64,000 bases of DNA from Candidatus Thorarchaeota archaeon (GTDB lineage Archaea; Asgardarchaeota; Thorarchaeia; Thorarchaeales; Thorarchaeaceae). The position numbers were made by a program, and so were the translations under genes. The DNA lies in NCBI GenBank assembly GCA_048882485.1, contig JBHLRP010000002.1, forward strand, positions 70,527 to 134,526, given 5' to 3'. Positions within the stretch are counted from its first letter, which is position 1. Each line of letters starts with the position of its first letter. Under the pieces are notes generated by a model. The model ran no database searches and was not told where the DNA came from. It worked only from the letters and a program-made list of their open reading frames with translations. Below, piece after piece: positions 1 through 9,212 of this stretch.

Positions 1-1
1 C

Positions 2-175
2 GCTCGCTTCACTGATGAACCGATGCCTGAAGGCCCGGGCAAAGGTCAAGTGGTGGATCTTGAACCGATGCTTAATGACTACTACAGGCTTAGGGGGTGG
101 GACCTAAAAACAGGTCTTCCCACAAAGGAAACAATCAAACGACTATCATTGGGATGGACAGCCAAGTACCCCTAG
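2..175 (+). CDS. 3' end of aldehyde:ferredoxin oxidoreductase family protein (partial, enters from left edge)
   Basis: Manual translation ARFTDEPMPEGPGKGQVVDLEPMLNDYYRLRGWDLKTGLPTKETIKRLSL..., stop TAG at 173-175; matches the typical AOR C-terminal pattern RF..EP...GP.KG...ML..YY..RGWD..G.P..ET. Confidence 0.85.
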   Translation, partial: ARFTDEPMPEGPGKGQVVDLEPMLNDYYRLRGWDLKTGLPTKETIKRLSLGWTAKYP

Positions 176-178
176 CCT

Positions 179-1147
179 TTACATTCGAACATAATCCACT
201 CTGTGACTATTGCCGCAGCTTGGACATGCATATTGATCAGGACCGACCCAGTCTATAGATTCCCATGACATAGGAGCGTTGCAGTGGTCACAGCGATTCT
301 TAATTACAGGCTTGACAAATACAGTTCCTGCACCAGCCTGTGCAGAGCTGACTTCCATTTCTACTTTTGTTTCCTGCGCTACTGGAGTTGCTACAGAAGC
401 TGAATCACTATAGGTGTATTGGGAAAGCGGATGTCTGGGATTGATATAATTGAATGGTCTGATTAGCCAGTCAAGATAGTCCTTGCCAAGGTCGTCCCAT
501 TCTCTTTGCTGCCACATCTGCAAGAGGTGGTCCTGCCGTGGAACCCTTCCTCTAACGTCAAACTCTCCAGAGGTTGCTTTAATCTTCAATCTATTCTTCC
601 GAGCCTCAAAGGTTTCAACCATATGGAGTGGAAACATGTACATCTTCTTCTTCCTATCATCAAAGATGTAGAGGCGATAGTTAGTCAGAATAAACGCGTC
701 AGGCCAGTAGGTGAATACAGCCTCTCCTCTTAGCCACGCAAATGTCGAATAGAAATGCCTTGAGAACCTTCGGTGGTAACCGATGGTAGTCCATCGATTA
801 TATGGATGATCAGGGTGAACGAATGGAACACCGCAGACCTCACAGAGCTTTCTCTGGTCGCCTGCATTGAGACTTTCAAATTCACGAAGCCCCAAGGCGC
901 CTCGTAGTTCCTCGCTTCGCGGCAAGGCTCCCATTACGTTGATTATTCCATTCACAACCTTGAACATAGCGGACCTCGGTGTGAGTTTGTACTCCTTTAT
1001 GATGTGAAGTGGAACACTGACAGTGGTGTTGGAGCCTCTATCGAACTGAGCCAGTCTGTAGTTGCTGATAACTGACTCAGCAGCTTGTGCTACAACACGT
1101 TCTCCTTCAATTGGTATATAGACCGGAGCGGACATCGGAACAATCAC
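179..1147 (-). CDS. Hypothetical protein with two PH/GRAM-like repeats and a C-terminal Zn ribbon
   Basis: Internal repeat GERVV..ISNYRL..VPLHII vs GEAVF..LTNYRL..FPLHMV; C-terminal CDHC...CPSC; start may be the Met of MSAPVY. Confidence 0.6.
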   Translation of the reverse strand: MIVPMSAPVYIPIEGERVVAQAAESVISNYRLAQFDRGSNTTVSVPLHIIKEYKLTPRSAMFKVVNGIINVMGALPRSEELRGALGLREFESLNAGDQRKLCEVCGVPFVHPDHPYNRWTTIGYHRRFSRHFYSTFAWLRGEAVFTYWPDAFILTNYRLYIFDDRKKKMYMFPLHMVETFEARKNRLKIKATSGEFDVRGRVPRQDHLLQMWQQREWDDLGKDYLDWLIRPFNYINPRHPLSQYTYSDSASVATPVAQETKVEMEVSSAQAGAGTVFVKPVIKNRCDHCNAPMSWESIDWVGPDQYACPSCGNSHRVDYVRM

Positions 1148-1237
1148 CTATCAGACGAACTGTCTTGTCTGAACCTCTTCTTAAATGCGATGTTAAAAAG
1201 GTTCACCGTATAAGGATTCATGCACCGCCAGAACTGG

Positions 1238-1450
1238 CTAAGTTTTGGGTATCACTATATAGAGCACATCTTCGTAGGCAAGTATTCCAAACCCACTTGG
1301 ATTCTCAAGTTTGACATAGTCATCATGTACTTCAAAGACTCGAACATTCAAGATCTTCGCCAGCGTGTCTTTCTGTGTATATCGCAGATACACCGTGAAG
1401 GTCTGCTGAGTTTCATTGAGATCCGTGAATATCTCCTTCCAGTTTGGCAT
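1238..1450 (-). CDS. Small hypothetical protein, possibly Sm/Hfq-like fold
   Basis: 70 aa, N-terminal helix followed by alternating beta-strand pattern; co-oriented with neighbours. Confidence 0.5.
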   Translation of the reverse strand: MPNWKEIFTDLNETQQTFTVYLRYTQKDTLAKILNVRVFEVHDDYVKLENPSGFGILAYEDVLYIVIPKT

Positions 1451-1516
1451 GGCAATTTCTCCAGTGGATGCAGTTCATCATGTCGGCCATTTAACACTTG
1501 CCACCTGTGCTATATT

Positions 1517-1969
1517 TCATTGCAAGGCTTCTAATGAGCGAGGCTCAAGACCAATCCCTCGAAACAGTTTCTGTATGGTTTGTTCCGTCCCACTCCCACT
1601 ATGCCTGAACAGATGAGTACCACATTTCGCCCTGCAGTCAGATGAGCCAAATCCTTTCGGTCCTGCAATGAACTTCTCATGCAGTTTTAGGATGCTGGCA
1701 ATCTCGCATTCCCTTTTCCTCTCAGATTCTGACCAAATCACCTGCTTGGGTGGGCCTGTGACCTTCAGTAGCAGGTCAATGTGCCAGTGAGGCTTTTTCT
1801 CACTGGAGATGTGCCTTCGAATACGATGTTCGAGGCTGGTTGACGCATTCCCAAATGCTGAGCCAATATAGACCCAATTGCCAGATTCAAACTTTTGTGG
1901 TCCAATCGCACCGATTGGCACCTTAATATCATCTGAAATGGAGATGATGAGTGCATAGACTCCTTTCAT
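1517..1969 (-). CDS. GIY-YIG (Uri superfamily, DUF123-type) endonuclease
   Basis: KGVYALII...YIGSA...RIRRH...KKPHWHIDLL...GFGSSDC..C.THLF motifs. Confidence 0.85.
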   Translation of the reverse strand: MKGVYALIISISDDIKVPIGAIGPQKFESGNWVYIGSAFGNASTSLEHRIRRHISSEKKPHWHIDLLLKVTGPPKQVIWSESERKRECEIASILKLHEKFIAGPKGFGSSDCRAKCGTHLFRHSGSGTEQTIQKLFRGIGLEPRSLEALQ

Positions 1970-2084
1970 TCAGCACCGTCCTCGACTGGTCTGTTTCGTT
2001 GTGAGAGCTTTAGCTCGGCAGCTGATAAGCATCACTGACCTACGATATCATCATAAGGATTGGTCATTTATCAAGAGCATAACA

Positions 2085-3029
2085 ATGGCAGCCTCAGAGA
2101 TTATCCCGGGAGTCTATATGATTAGAGGAAAATTCGCGGATGAGTTTGGCTTCATTTCATCCTACATAGTGGTGAGTGGGGAAAGCGTGCTGGTTATCGA
2201 TCCTGGCACTGCTGGAGACCCTGGTGATAACACTATTGACCTGATACGTAATCTTGGCCTTGGTTCCGGTGATGTTGTGGGAATTCTCTGTACACATGGG
2301 CATCCGGACCATGTAGGAGGCGTACACAGATTGAAAAAGAAAACTGGCGCTCCTGTACTAATTGGAGAGGAGGATGCTCGTATCCTTGAAGACCCTCAGC
2401 TTTTCCTAAAGGATCGAATGTTTCTTGATGTTGCAGAGCGCATGACAATGAAGGTTGACAGAGGGCCTCTTAGAGTGAACTACAAAGGAGTGGAACCATT
2501 CAGGAAGCTCCGAAACGGAGACACGGTGAATGTTGGAGATATTACATTACATGTCATTCATACGGGGGGTCATAGTGCAGGTCATTGCGTATTTCATGAT
2601 AGAGCAAACAAGATTCTTTTCACGGGGGATGAGGCTAGCAACTTCCCAAATGATCCCAGGAAGTTCTACATCGACCTGAGCGGGAGTATGGCTGCACGAA
2701 GTAGCGCCATTTCTTACATGAAGTCTCTTGGAGCTGATTATCTTTTGCCTGGGCATGATATCCCGCACCTCTTTGAGGATGTCCGATTATTACTTGAGCA
2801 AGTTGGAGATGGCATCATCCATTTCCAAGACAGCATATTGCATCATCTCGAAGCCCGAGATGAAGCAGATGTGGAACAACTTGTCTTCGACATAAGAGAG
2901 TCGCGTAGCATACCCATTCCACAGACTTACGAATTTCTGCTAGTTACAACGATAACGGTCGTGTTGCAGGGACTTCAAGGGGCCGGGTTGGTAAGAGTCG
3001 ATGAAAGAGGAGTTTGGACTCGGATTTAG
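2085..3029 (+). CDS. MBL-fold metallo-hydrolase
   Basis: THGHPDHVGG, GHSAGH, FTGD, PGH motifs; ATG at 2085 preferred over the track start at 2001. Confidence 0.85.
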   Translation: MAASEIIPGVYMIRGKFADEFGFISSYIVVSGESVLVIDPGTAGDPGDNTIDLIRNLGLGSGDVVGILCTHGHPDHVGGVHRLKKKTGAPVLIGEEDARILEDPQLFLKDRMFLDVAERMTMKVDRGPLRVNYKGVEPFRKLRNGDTVNVGDITLHVIHTGGHSAGHCVFHDRANKILFTGDEASNFPNDPRKFYIDLSGSMAARSSAISYMKSLGADYLLPGHDIPHLFEDVRLLLEQVGDGIIHFQDSILHHLEARDEADVEQLVFDIRESRSIPIPQTYEFLLVTTITVVLQGLQGAGLVRVDERGVWTRI

Positions 3030-3123
3030 ATTTGAGGCCATTCGAGCTACATTCAATAATTAGCCTTACACTATCCTCTCATTCTATCCTAGATATTTCG
3101 ATTGACTACTAGGCGGTTTTAAG

Positions 3124-5793
3124 ATGAGTCGGACGGAAAAGAAAGTCGAAACTCCAAGCACAGTGGAGGCCATTAGAATGGCATCTGCTTCAGTTCTCGG
3201 CACTACCACGAATCTAGGCTATCCTCTAGGAAGTGCCGTGGGTTCAGGGAGCATGATGGAGGAGAACTCGGATGTGGTAGCGATGAACATCGCCCCTCTT
3301 GTTTTCGCGATACGCGATGCTCTTCTGGACGCCGAGGGTCTCGAACTTCTATCACTTGAATGGGACTTGGAACGAAAACCAGGTCCTGGAGTTCTTCCTG
3401 AACAACTTGTTGTTGCCGGAGGTACTTCCGAAGGTATTGGATCTCATGTTGTCATTCTAAGTTGGGAAAAGGGCGCAGTAGATCCATTCAAGATTGACAA
3501 ACACATGCAGACGCTCTCCAAGAAGATGTCCGATATAGAGAGTGCAATTATCAGCAATGGAATGAGCTACGAAACTCATGGCCTGCCCGTGCTCAGAAGG
3601 TTCAATGACCGCCTCAATCGTGTCATTTTCGTCGAGATGCTGGACAGACGTTTTCAAGCATCTTGGGACTCTCTTCAGCTCAAATCTGAGCATGTGGACA
3701 AAGAGATTGAAGTGACCATGAACTTCCGAGAAGACTTCACGCTTCTTCCGCCTGGGGTAAAAGTTATGGACCGTACACTTCTCGAATTCTTCCTGCCCCG
3801 GGAGAGTGAAGACAAGGTTCTCAGGCATTTCAAGCATAGAATACTCACACCCCGCGGTCTCGAAGCAATCGCTATCAAGGTTCCAGAAGCCGGACGGGCA
3901 ATTCTTAGTGAGCTAAACATGTACGCCTATAGTATAGAAGAAGTCGATATTGCAAATGCTACGACTATGAAGTTCACCGAATTTCTTGGCAGAAGTGAGG
4001 TGGCACTCCGTAATCTGCACTCATTCAAGAGAGAATTGGACGAGTTTGTATCATTGGTCACTGATTCTGTTGAGTCTTTTGAGAAGATAACGGAGCAGCA
4101 TGTTACTTCAGGCAAGACTCTCTCTTTGCTTGATCACAAGACGGAGATATTAAATCAAATTGACATGCATGCTGACTTATTCGTTGGATTCAGAAAGAAC
4201 ATCGCACAGGCACTCACAGAAGAGCTGGTGAAATCTGCACAGCGCGGATTCCATGATATTCCAGAAGTACGAGCATGGCGGCTTGGCAGCACTGCATCAT
4301 ACTTTAACCTCTATGCGAAACGCACGACTCGCTATTTCTCAGATGCAATGAATCAGTTTCTAGTCGTTAATGCTGCCCGACAGGCTTTCGTGACTGCCTT
4401 GAACAGATTCCAAGATGAGATGAAAACGTTCACTGATGAAGCCATAGAAGAGGCGCTCTTCGACAAGTTCTACGTCGAATTGCATTCTCAAATGAATGCC
4501 ATTTTCGATAAGGTGTCTTACGAAGGCTCTGTTTACCGGCACCTGGATGAAATTCTGGCCATCATAAACAAGGATATGCTGGAGGCCTTCGACCGCATTG
4601 AAATATGGGATCTTGTCGGATTTAGTGATGTAGCTGAAATAACGAAATCGGAGATTACCTCCAAGTATGCCAGCGAGTCAGAGACCCAAGAAGTTTCTCA
4701 GGATGGACGGGCTATCCTGGCAATATTGGAAACCTTCGAGGACCTCGTTCTGAATATCATTCCCAATGTTGCGGATACCCTGCTATCAAAGACCCTGATA
4801 AGAAAGGTCATTGACAAAGTTCTTGGTGAAGGCGCAGATCTAACTAAGGAAATTGGCGAGTTCATAGAAAACATGACCCAAAAGCCCGATGAATGGAGAG
4901 ATGAGGCTCGGCTATGGGTCAGAGGGTATCTGGAAACGGTCGAGCCTCAGATGAAAACGCCTGAGAAATTCTTGGCACTTCTTAGATATGTGCATAACAA
5001 AGTTGGCTTGGGTTCAACTGCGCAAGCCATTGTAGACAAGGTCACTTTCGAAGCCAATCAGCAGGAAAAAGCATACCAGCTGATTGTAGAAGATTGGGAA
5101 CAGACTTGCGAACGCATTGAGTCAGAAAATCAACCCATTCGTGAGAATAACAGAAAACGTGCGGAGGCTCTTGCTCTAGCTGAGTCTCAGTATAATGAGG
5201 AGAAAGTACAATATGACATCGATATGGAGAAGTATCGCAGAGCTTTGGAGGCTGCAAAGGCATTGGCTGAAGAAGTGCCTTCTCTAGCACCTGGTGAAAT
5301 TTCTCCCGCAGTTATTGAGCCTCCTCCGTTGCCTACCGAGCCGAAGCGTCCACAATCGCTTGACATGAGAATCGTTGAAGTGAATAATCAGTTTCCTGAG
5401 ATGGAGGAGATTCCTGTTCCGGAGAAACCTGTTCCCCCTCCAGAGATGCACCACTACATTGGCCTTCGAAACCTGCTTACCAAGCAGTTAGACAGCATGG
5501 ATGTAGCTCAAGAGAAAATGAAGCAAGTCTTCGCAGAGAGTCTGAAGCAAATGCTCTCGGAGGCTTCATCAGTGTCAGCTGAATTGACGATTGAGATTGG
5601 GGAAGACTTTCTGGAATATCTGCGTAACATGGAGATTCGGAGTCTAGGCAAATTGCTTCCACGTGCGACCAGGGCATATCTAAGAGATCCCAAGAATCCG
5701 GAAATTATCTATCTTGTGACATACGAACAAAGGGGCAATGAACTCACTGTAACCGTAGGTGATACTCACCTTCGCAACATAGGAGGTGTCTGA
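3124..5793 (+). CDS. Large helical hypothetical protein with coiled-coil and Pro-rich segment
   Basis: 889-aa ORF, acidic and helical; EPPPLPTEPKRP and PVPEKPVPPP segments; no recognised catalytic motif. Confidence 0.75.
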   Translation: MSRTEKKVETPSTVEAIRMASASVLGTTTNLGYPLGSAVGSGSMMEENSDVVAMNIAPLVFAIRDALLDAEGLELLSLEWDLERKPGPGVLPEQLVVAGGTSEGIGSHVVILSWEKGAVDPFKIDKHMQTLSKKMSDIESAIISNGMSYETHGLPVLRRFNDRLNRVIFVEMLDRRFQASWDSLQLKSEHVDKEIEVTMNFREDFTLLPPGVKVMDRTLLEFFLPRESEDKVLRHFKHRILTPRGLEAIAIKVPEAGRAILSELNMYAYSIEEVDIANATTMKFTEFLGRSEVALRNLHSFKRELDEFVSLVTDSVESFEKITEQHVTSGKTLSLLDHKTEILNQIDMHADLFVGFRKNIAQALTEELVKSAQRGFHDIPEVRAWRLGSTASYFNLYAKRTTRYFSDAMNQFLVVNAARQAFVTALNRFQDEMKTFTDEAIEEALFDKFYVELHSQMNAIFDKVSYEGSVYRHLDEILAIINKDMLEAFDRIEIWDLVGFSDVAEITKSEITSKYASESETQEVSQDGRAILAILETFEDLVLNIIPNVADTLLSKTLIRKVIDKVLGEGADLTKEIGEFIENMTQKPDEWRDEARLWVRGYLETVEPQMKTPEKFLALLRYVHNKVGLGSTAQAIVDKVTFEANQQEKAYQLIVEDWEQTCERIESENQPIRENNRKRAEALALAESQYNEEKVQYDIDMEKYRRALEAAKALAEEVPSLAPGEISPAVIEPPPLPTEPKRPQSLDMRIVEVNNQFPEMEEIPVPEKPVPPPEMHHYIGLRNLLTKQLDSMDVAQEKMKQVFAESLKQMLSEASSVSAELTIEIGEDFLEYLRNMEIRSLGKLLPRATRAYLRDPKNPEIIYLVTYEQRGNELTVTVGDTHLRNIGGV

Positions 5794-8245
5794 TTTGTCA
5801 AGTTCTTGGGTCATTAAGACTCGCCAGATGAGTGAGGCAGGGAAGGAACTTATCCTTCGTGAGGCTCTAGCTACTCATCTAAGAAGCACAAGAGCTCGGC
5901 AGATATTCCATGAAATGATTCCTGACCCCCGGCTTCTGGATGAAGTCTTGGCAGCCTTTGCATCGTTCTATTTGCAGAGCTATCAAGGAGTCCGTCTGCA
6001 TACTATTGAAGATGCTCAGAATCTGAGCATTGAAGAACAGGAGAAGATTGGTGCAGAAACAAGAGTTCAGCTGGAAAATGAAGTTCGCAAACTCCTTGGA
6101 TCGAAACAACGAGAAGAAGTAGCAGTCGGGAAATTACTCAGTGAATTCGTTATACGCTTCTGTGATGAACTTGGTAGCAGAGATCCTGCTGATGATGAAA
6201 CAGTCACAAGGACCGGAGATCTCCTCAGGGAGTATTTAGGAAAGATTCCAAATGAGTTCTCACAGAATCATGATGTTGACTTCCTCAATCAGTTGACGAG
6301 ATATGATTCAAATCTGAGGGAAGAACTATATGCCAAAGCATCTGGTCTCAAAGAAACCGCAATGTCTCTACGAGAGGAGGTCCTTCGAGAACACGAAGCA
6401 GAAGTAATAGAGATTACAGTTCTGAAAGAAGGCCTAAAGCGGATATGGGGCGAGCCAAGTTATGCCAGCGCACATATCGCTGAGTCCATGAATTATCCAG
6501 CAACAATGGGCGAAATCGCAAAGGATGTGGCAAATAGATACTGCAAACCAGCTGATGAACTGGCCACCATCAAGCGTGCTCATGAGATACGTCTAAACTT
6601 TCTGACGGCAGTTGAGACGCAATTCACAAGTTCAACCACACTTGACGACTACGAGAAGCAACTTGTCGATAAGGTGTCTGAGGATGTCGCATCAGCAATT
6701 GAAGCCAATCCGGCAAAGGCTTTCGATCTACTCTCCCATCTCTTACAAATACCGTCCACGGACATCGCTGCAGCATTAAGACGCAAGGGTCTGTCAGACC
6801 CATCTGACTTGGTCAAGGGCTTCAGAATTATGGAGGAAGCAAAGATTGAGAAAACTGAAACAGAGGGTCCTGCCATCAGCGAGGTAGAGATGGATTACTT
6901 GGAACGATCGCTCAAAGCAATAGACAAGCTTGAGAATATCTTGGAGCGACCTGTAAAAGGAGCGTTAAAGGCTCAGGGTCTCAGGGCATCAGAGCTTGAT
7001 AAGTTCACAATTGAAACTCTAGCAAAGGACCGGGACTCGCTCATTGGTTTTGAGGTCACAGTTTTGGAAGCTCTTAAGCAGAAAACCAGAGTCCCTTCTC
7101 CAGAAGATGTCAAGCGACTTCTTGAGGCGCGTGAGAAGGTGAAGCAGGGTGCACTCAGCTCTATTGGGGTGTCCTCCTCCTCAGATATAGTTCGACATCG
7201 TCGCCATGGCGAAACCATTGCGGCTCTGAGGTTCGACCTGGTATGGCATCTCACATCAGGTATCCTTACAAATCTCTCGCGTGTGGTTGAAACATATATC
7301 CGCTCCAAACAGGATCTCCTGCGCATCAAGGCTCTTCTCAAGAGTATCTATGAGAGTCCCGAGACTGACCTTCAGGCGCTTCGAGAGGAAATCCTCATCG
7401 ATTTGGCTTCTCAGAGAATCTATGAACTGAAGACGGTCTATCCTGGCTTAAAAGCCCCAGAGATCACTTCATGGATGCACGCTCGGCTTTCCAACAAGGA
7501 TATGACTGCTGCGAAAGCAGCACTTGATAGCACGCCAAGTCCTGTCTTTGAAGGTGTAATCGACACCGAGCTCGTGACAGATCAGTTGGACTTTGATAAC
7601 TATGCAATTGCGTATGATATCATGCATCGGTTCCTTAGAACTGAACGCAGGAAGAAGCTTGCCAAGGAGGAATTGGCACTCGAAGCCAAGCTTGAGGAAC
7701 AGAAAGTTGCAGAGAGCATGAAAGCCTCACTTGATGTCTTGACTTGGATTTATACTAAGAGTCAGACGGTGTTTAGAGCTATTGGGAGAGTAGGTGTCAA
7801 GGGTCTTGAATGGAACACAAACGATGATTCAAAATGTGCCAATCTCCTTGCATTCTATATCCGAACTAGTAGAGGTCGGAAGTTATGTTCAGTCTGCGGC
7901 GAAACGCCACCGGATAACAAGTGTCCAACACATAAAGCAACCAACATGATTCCGAGCAATGATATTGAGAACTTGGCAATATTTGTAATGAGGTCGATAA
8001 CTGACATAAAGCAAGGTCTCATTGGTTCAGCAGCCAAACCAGTGACCCTTACAGAAGCAAGGTCGATAGTGGACAGGGAGATTAGAGCTCTGCGCAGGAA
8101 CGGTAGGATAACAGGAAAGACAAATCTGAAGCAGCTGATGCCAGGTGATATCAATTACGTTATTGGCCCTGCAATAGCTAAAGTCATTGGAAAATACTTC
8201 AATGAATCGTTGCAGTATGCGGCTAGGCGGGTGAATTTGGCCTAG
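5786..8245 (+). CDS. Large helical hypothetical protein with C-terminal Zn-knuckle
   Basis: 819-aa ORF, GTG start after AGGAG overlapping the upstream stop; CSVC...CPTH motif. Confidence 0.75.
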   Translation: MSDLSSSWVIKTRQMSEAGKELILREALATHLRSTRARQIFHEMIPDPRLLDEVLAAFASFYLQSYQGVRLHTIEDAQNLSIEEQEKIGAETRVQLENEVRKLLGSKQREEVAVGKLLSEFVIRFCDELGSRDPADDETVTRTGDLLREYLGKIPNEFSQNHDVDFLNQLTRYDSNLREELYAKASGLKETAMSLREEVLREHEAEVIEITVLKEGLKRIWGEPSYASAHIAESMNYPATMGEIAKDVANRYCKPADELATIKRAHEIRLNFLTAVETQFTSSTTLDDYEKQLVDKVSEDVASAIEANPAKAFDLLSHLLQIPSTDIAAALRRKGLSDPSDLVKGFRIMEEAKIEKTETEGPAISEVEMDYLERSLKAIDKLENILERPVKGALKAQGLRASELDKFTIETLAKDRDSLIGFEVTVLEALKQKTRVPSPEDVKRLLEAREKVKQGALSSIGVSSSSDIVRHRRHGETIAALRFDLVWHLTSGILTNLSRVVETYIRSKQDLLRIKALLKSIYESPETDLQALREEILIDLASQRIYELKTVYPGLKAPEITSWMHARLSNKDMTAAKAALDSTPSPVFEGVIDTELVTDQLDFDNYAIAYDIMHRFLRTERRKKLAKEELALEAKLEEQKVAESMKASLDVLTWIYTKSQTVFRAIGRVGVKGLEWNTNDDSKCANLLAFYIRTSRGRKLCSVCGETPPDNKCPTHKATNMIPSNDIENLAIFVMRSITDIKQGLIGSAAKPVTLTEARSIVDREIRALRRNGRITGKTNLKQLMPGDINYVIGPAIAKVIGKYFNESLQYAARRVNLA

Positions 8246-8565
8246 AGATGACCTGTTATATTTTCGGTTATCCATTTCAAGTAGTCCTGTGAGCCTCCCT
8301 GTATTGGGATGCTAATGAACTCCGGTACATCATACGAGTGATGGGCTCTCAGCTCATTCCATAGGCTTTCCTGAAAAGTACGTTCTGTCTTGATGAACAG
8401 GATGCTTTCTTCATCATCCACGACCTTGCCCTTCCACCGGTAGATGCTCCTTATTGAAGGGACAATGTTCACACAAGCACACACCCTCGCCTCGACGAGT
8501 CGTTTTGCCAGAGCGGTAGCGTCGCTATTTGGACAAGTAGTGATCGCCAAAATGTACTCTGTCAT
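8242..8565 (-). CDS. cutA: Divalent-cation tolerance protein CutA
   Basis: ACVNIVP.I.SIYRWKGKV..D.E...IKT...HSYDVPE...YLKWI signature. Confidence 0.93.
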   Translation of the reverse strand: MTEYILAITTCPNSDATALAKRLVEARVCACVNIVPSIRSIYRWKGKVVDDEESILFIKTERTFQESLWNELRAHHSYDVPEFISIPIQGGSQDYLKWITENITGHL

Positions 8566-8658
8566 AGTTTTTCGTTAGCTACACCAAGCCATAAATCATA
8601 TGCAATATCCTATCGAGCTAGAAACGAATGTTATTATCCTGAGAATTCCAGTGTATGG

Positions 8659-9132
8659 ATGGTTTGGAAGATGAACATAGGATTTTCCCGAAGAATTGCT
8701 TCCCTTTTGCTTGCTACGACTCTCTTAGCACCATATTTCATTATCGAGCAGAATCTGCTTGGTGGAGCAACATTCAGGATCGCAGCACCGCTATGGTCAC
8801 TTGTATCCTACTCAGGTGCGTCATTAATATTCGAGTTTCCCCTGGGACTCACTCTGGACTACCTTCCATTTTGGGGAATGGGTCTCATAGTATCTGGCGT
8901 TACCTTCTTCTCAATAACTAGAGAAGATTTAACCAAGGTGGGATACGCTATTGTCATGGTCATACTATTGCTAATCCAACTTGCATATTTCATTGTCATT
9001 GGCTACCTCACTACTAGTGGCCCTCCTATCTTGATAACTCCAATTCCATTAGTTGCCGTAATGGCGTTATTGCTGACACCAGCGATAATCAGATCACCAC
9101 ATTCCTCTTGGGAGGCAAGGCCCCCTGTATGA
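8659..9132 (+). CDS. Small multi-pass membrane protein, unknown function
   Basis: 157 aa with about 4 hydrophobic segments. Confidence 0.65.
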   Translation: MVWKMNIGFSRRIASLLLATTLLAPYFIIEQNLLGGATFRIAAPLWSLVSYSGASLIFEFPLGLTLDYLPFWGMGLIVSGVTFFSITREDLTKVGYAIVMVILLLIQLAYFIVIGYLTTSGPPILITPIPLVAVMALLLTPAIIRSPHSSWEARPPV

Positions 9133-9212
9133 CATATTCATGGTATGCTTCACTTTGTAACCCCTAGTTTATATGCGAGATGCCAGCCACGCATCAATTA
9201 AGGGTGAAACTG

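Noticed and set aside
1517-1969. GIY-YIG gene as a homing endonuclease or mobile intron
   Set aside because: Short stand-alone DUF123-type protein common in archaea; it does not interrupt a host gene
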